This document shows, piece by piece, positions 61,180 to 64,000 of a DNA stretch of 64,000 nt. This DNA is from an uncultured Acidimicrobiales bacterium. GTDB lineage: Bacteria > Actinomycetota > Acidimicrobiia > Acidimicrobiales > UBA10347. The notes beneath the pieces are model-generated. The model did no database searches, was not told the origin of the DNA, and saw only the letters and a list, made by a program, of their open reading frames with translations. The stretch covers positions 62,001-126,000 of the forward strand of contig CALSSD010000006.1 in NCBI GenBank assembly GCA_943788915.1, written 5' to 3'. Within the stretch, counting starts at the first letter, position 1, and every line of letters starts with the position of its first letter. The translations under genes and the position numbers were made by a program.

Positions 61180-61971
61180 ATGAGCCGCGAGATCTTCGAC
61201 CTGTGGGTCGGCGCTATCCGGAGCGACGAGCCGGTGTGTCTGGTATCGGTGATCGAGGGCCAGGGCCTGGGTGCCAAGATGCTTGTGCGGCCCGGAATCG
61301 CTCCGGTGGGGACCTTGGGGCACGCCGAACTCGACCGAGTGGTTGAGCGCGATGCACTAGCCGAACTCGAGGTCGGGCGGAGTGGCGTTCGCAGTTACGG
61401 AGCGCAGGGCCAACAACGCGAGAACGACCTGACGGTCTTTGTTGAGTCTCAAGCGCCGCCGCCTCGCATGCTGATCTTTGGTGCGGTTGATTTCACGGCG
61501 GCGCTTGCGAGCGCAGCCAAACTTCTGGGTTATCGGGTGGTTGTTGCCGATGCTCGGCCGGTGTTCGCAACCCGCAAACGGTTCCCGATGGCCGACGAGT
61601 TGCGGGTGAGTTGGCCCGACGATGTCTTCGACGAGTTCGGCGATGAGCTAGGACCGCGAGATGCGGTCGCGGTTTTGACCCACGACAACAAGTTCGATGT
61701 GCCGGCAGTCGTGCGGGCACTCGAAACTCGAGTGGGATACATCGGTGTCATGGGCAGCCGCAAAACACATGATGGCCGCACCGAACGGCTCCGCGAGGCC
61801 GGGGTCGACGATCGTGGTCTTGCTCGTCTGCGTTCACCTATCGGTATCGACATCGGGGGGCGCACGCCTGAAGAGACCGCGGTGTCGATCTGTGCTGAGA
61901 TCATTGCGCTACGTTCCGGGCGCAAGATCAGTGCGTTGACCGATACCGAAGGCCCGATTCACGAGCGCTGA
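61180..61971 (+). CDS. XdhC/CoxF family protein, C-terminal Rossmann part
   Basis: IFGAVDF, LTHDNKFD, YIGVMGSR, SPIGIDIGGRTPEETAVSI. Confidence 0.88.
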   Translation: MSREIFDLWVGAIRSDEPVCLVSVIEGQGLGAKMLVRPGIAPVGTLGHAELDRVVERDALAELEVGRSGVRSYGAQGQQRENDLTVFVESQAPPPRMLIFGAVDFTAALASAAKLLGYRVVVADARPVFATRKRFPMADELRVSWPDDVFDEFGDELGPRDAVAVLTHDNKFDVPAVVRALETRVGYIGVMGSRKTHDGRTERLREAGVDDRGLARLRSPIGIDIGGRTPEETAVSICAEIIALRSGRKISALTDTEGPIHER

Positions 61972-62006
61972 GATGTGCCGGGCAACTGGTGGCTGAAGAT
62001 GAACTG

Positions 62007-63010
62007 TTAGGCCCCAGCCCAGTGGTTGCGAGCTGTTGAGGCGATGCCTGCAGCTAACAGGAAGAGGCCTGCCGAGACCGTCATAGCTGTTGGCACGGTC
62101 GTGAATTGAGCGAGCGCGCCCAGAGCGATGCCACCCAGAATTTCACCGAAGGCTTCGGCTTGACCAACGAACGAATGCACTGTTGCCCTGTTCTCTGACG
62201 ATGCAAAGGTGTTCGCCCACGTGGTGACGAGTGGGATTGTCGTTAGGAAAAATCCACCCTGCAGAATCAGGCCAAGGCCGGCGAGAGCAAGCACCTCCAT
62301 GTGGGCCAGCAACAAGATCCCCACGGCGACGCCTACGAGCAACATGGACATAGCAGGTACTACGGAGGATCCCCGGGCCCGTCGTTTGGCAACCGCCAAC
62401 ATGCCAGCACCGATGAGTGAGTGGGCTGCAACCAGAGCACCGATCACCAACACTTCGTCGATGTCATCGGGCAAACCAACGTCGACAAGGCGTTGCACAT
62501 CGAGCCGATCGATGGCTTCTTTTGCAAGGCCTCCCATGAAGACAGCGATGACCAGAATACGTAACGGCCGGACCTGGTAGGACTGCGACCATCCGCCTTG
62601 GAGCATGCGCAGGAAACCACGCCAGCCCTCGCCGGCGGATCGCACAAAGTTGTTCTCTGGCATAACCGCCATCAGCACGAATCCCCATGCCGCGTAGATC
62701 ACGCCGATCACGCTGAGTGTCAGGCTCAACGAGGTCAGTGCCGCAAGGCCTGCAAAAACGATGATGCCGGCAACGGCGGACCACAGTTGGTAGCCAGCAC
62801 GCCGAAGGATGAGCGGTTCGGCCTCCTCCGCGCTGCCGAGCTCGTCGGTGATCCAGGCGGTTTCAGCACCGGTCACAAACGTGCTGCCAAAACCAACCAT
62901 GATCTGGCTCAGCACGAGCAGCCAGTAGACGTCGGCGTTGGCGCTCAGCACATAGGCGGCGCCGACAACGACGAACGAGATGGCGACCGACCATTTTCGG
63001 CTATAGAGAT
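62007..63010 (-). pseudogene. MFS transporter lacking its N-terminus
   Basis: Frame reads back to LYSRKWSVAISF (remnant of MFS motif A), then hits TAA and unrelated sequence; SGA-like TGAETAWITDE motif and many TM helices. Confidence 0.75.
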
Positions 63011-63123
63011 TTTAAATCCCCACAAAGGTTGGAATAGCAACGATTTAGGCGCTTCTGGGGACCCCTGTCCAACCAGTGTCCAACATTGGCGCCCAAAAAT
63101 GCCGGCACCGGCGGCCGTCCAAC
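63008..63123. mobile_element. probable attachment-site end of an integrative element
   Basis: Minus-strand GGGGATTTAAAATC at the MFS breakpoint; TGTCCAAC at 63066 and 63077, GTCCAAC at 63117. Confidence 0.45.
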
Positions 63124-63169
63124 AGTGCCGGGCACGATCGGCACGATCACTCCCGGTGGCTGGTTTAGG

Positions 63170-64000
63170 TTATGAGTCTTGTCGTCGTCGTTGTTCGCCG
63201 AGGGTGAGGAATCCTAAGCCGAGCAGGGCGAAGGCGAACGTTGCTGCCACAGTGCTAGTGGTTCCCGTGAACGCAAGTTCTGGGGCCTCAGACAGCGCCA
63301 GGACCTCAGACTGCGGCGCCGCAGCGGTGTTGGTTCCCGCAGTCGGGTTCGGCAACACCCACGCTCCAACATCAGCATTGGCAGGCGCATTCACAATTTC
63401 AGGGTATGGCAACCTGGGAGCACAACGTGAAACATTGAGCGCATCGTTGTCGTCGCAATCAACATCGCTGGCCAAACCATCACAATCCCTGTCCACGTAC
63501 ACAAAATTGAACTCACAGTCACCGATATCACTGGATGACTCGTAACAGGCGTTGTCGCCGATACATGACCCATCACCTATCGAGCCGGACGAACCGGGAC
63601 AGGCGCTGTCGCCGATACATGACCCATCACCTATCGAGCCGGACGAACCGGGACAGGCGTCTAGGCCGATACATGACCCATCACCTATCGGACGACTGAA
63701 AGCACTGGGACAGGCGCTAGCGCCGTTGCATGAACCGGCACCTATCGTGCTGGACGAACTGGGACAGGCGGTAGTGGCGTTGCATGAACCATCACCTATC
63801 AGGCTGTTCGAACCGGGACAGGCGGTAGGGGCGTTGCATGAACCGGCACCTATCTGGCTTTCCGAACCGGGACAGGCGGTAGTGGCGTTGCATGAACCGG
63901 CACCTATCAGGCTGGACGAATCGGCACAGGCGGTAGTGGCGTTGCATGAATCATCGCCTATCTGGCTTTCCGAACCGGGACAGGCGGTAGTGGCGTTGCA
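63170..64000 (-). CDS. sortase-anchored surface protein with 18-aa Cys repeats (5' part beyond window)
   Basis: One open frame 64000->63170: (SCNATTACPGSESQIGAG)n-type repeats, DRDCDGLASDVDCDDND, LAFTG + TM + RRR. Confidence 0.85.
   Translation of the reverse strand, partial: CNATTACPGSESQIGDDSCNATTACADSSSLIGAGSCNATTACPGSESQIGAGSCNAPTACPGSNSLIGDGSCNATTACPSSSSTIGAGSCNGASACPSAFSRPIGDGSCIGLDACPGSSGSIGDGSCIGDSACPGSSGSIGDGSCIGDNACYESSSDIGDCEFNFVYVDRDCDGLASDVDCDDNDALNVSRCAPRLPYPEIVNAPANADVGAWVLPNPTAGTNTAAAPQSEVLALSEAPELAFTGTTSTVAATFAFALLGLGFLTLGEQRRRQDS
63543..64000 (-). repeat. coding tandem repeat, ~54-bp unit
   Basis: About nine visible units, e.g. CGAACCGGGACAGGCGGTAGTGGCGTTGCATGAACC recurring on the + strand. 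Confidence 0.9.

Noticed and set aside
63000..63030. tRNA-Leu(TAA) gene
   Set aside because: Only an anticodon-arm-like stretch is present; no D arm, T arm or acceptor stem
63543..64000. Possible CRISPR array
   Set aside because: Units are degenerate, lack unique spacers and translate in one open frame as a peptide repeat; no cas genes in the window

Overview
GC-rich actinobacterial chromosome segment. Gene order and protein style suggest class Acidimicrobiia (inference; no marker-gene search run). Most of the window is conserved housekeeping synteny: (secF)-apt-relA, hisS-aspS-rarA, alaS-ruvX-mltG-aroE-aroB-pepQ-efp-nusB, pyrR-pyrB-pyrC-carAB-pyrD-pyrF-mIHF-like, metG-tatD-rpf-rsmA-ispE, bS22, tRNA-Gln-glmU-prs-rplY-pth-mfd, mazG, glyA, eno-divIC, and coxD/E/F-type accessory genes. 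Accessory inserts are a PspC/two-component module, a GluR0-like channel, a P450 and a LigD-type ligase. Five single-base frameshifts (relA x2, yihY, rpf, one membrane protein) look like assembly errors. The most notable observations are: (1) two structured intergenic RNA candidates, upstream of efp and between ligD and eno; (2) a dihydroorotase lacking several catalytic residues; (3) a GlmU lacking its acetyltransferase end; (4) a strongly diverged mIHF-like protein; (5) a probable integrative-element junction near 63010, with a tRNA-Leu(TAA)-anticodon-like core and repeated TGTCCAAC motifs, truncating an MFS gene; (6) beyond that junction, a sortase-anchored protein made of 18-aa Cys repeats that runs off the window end. 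No CRISPR array, rRNA, transposase or integrase gene is visible.
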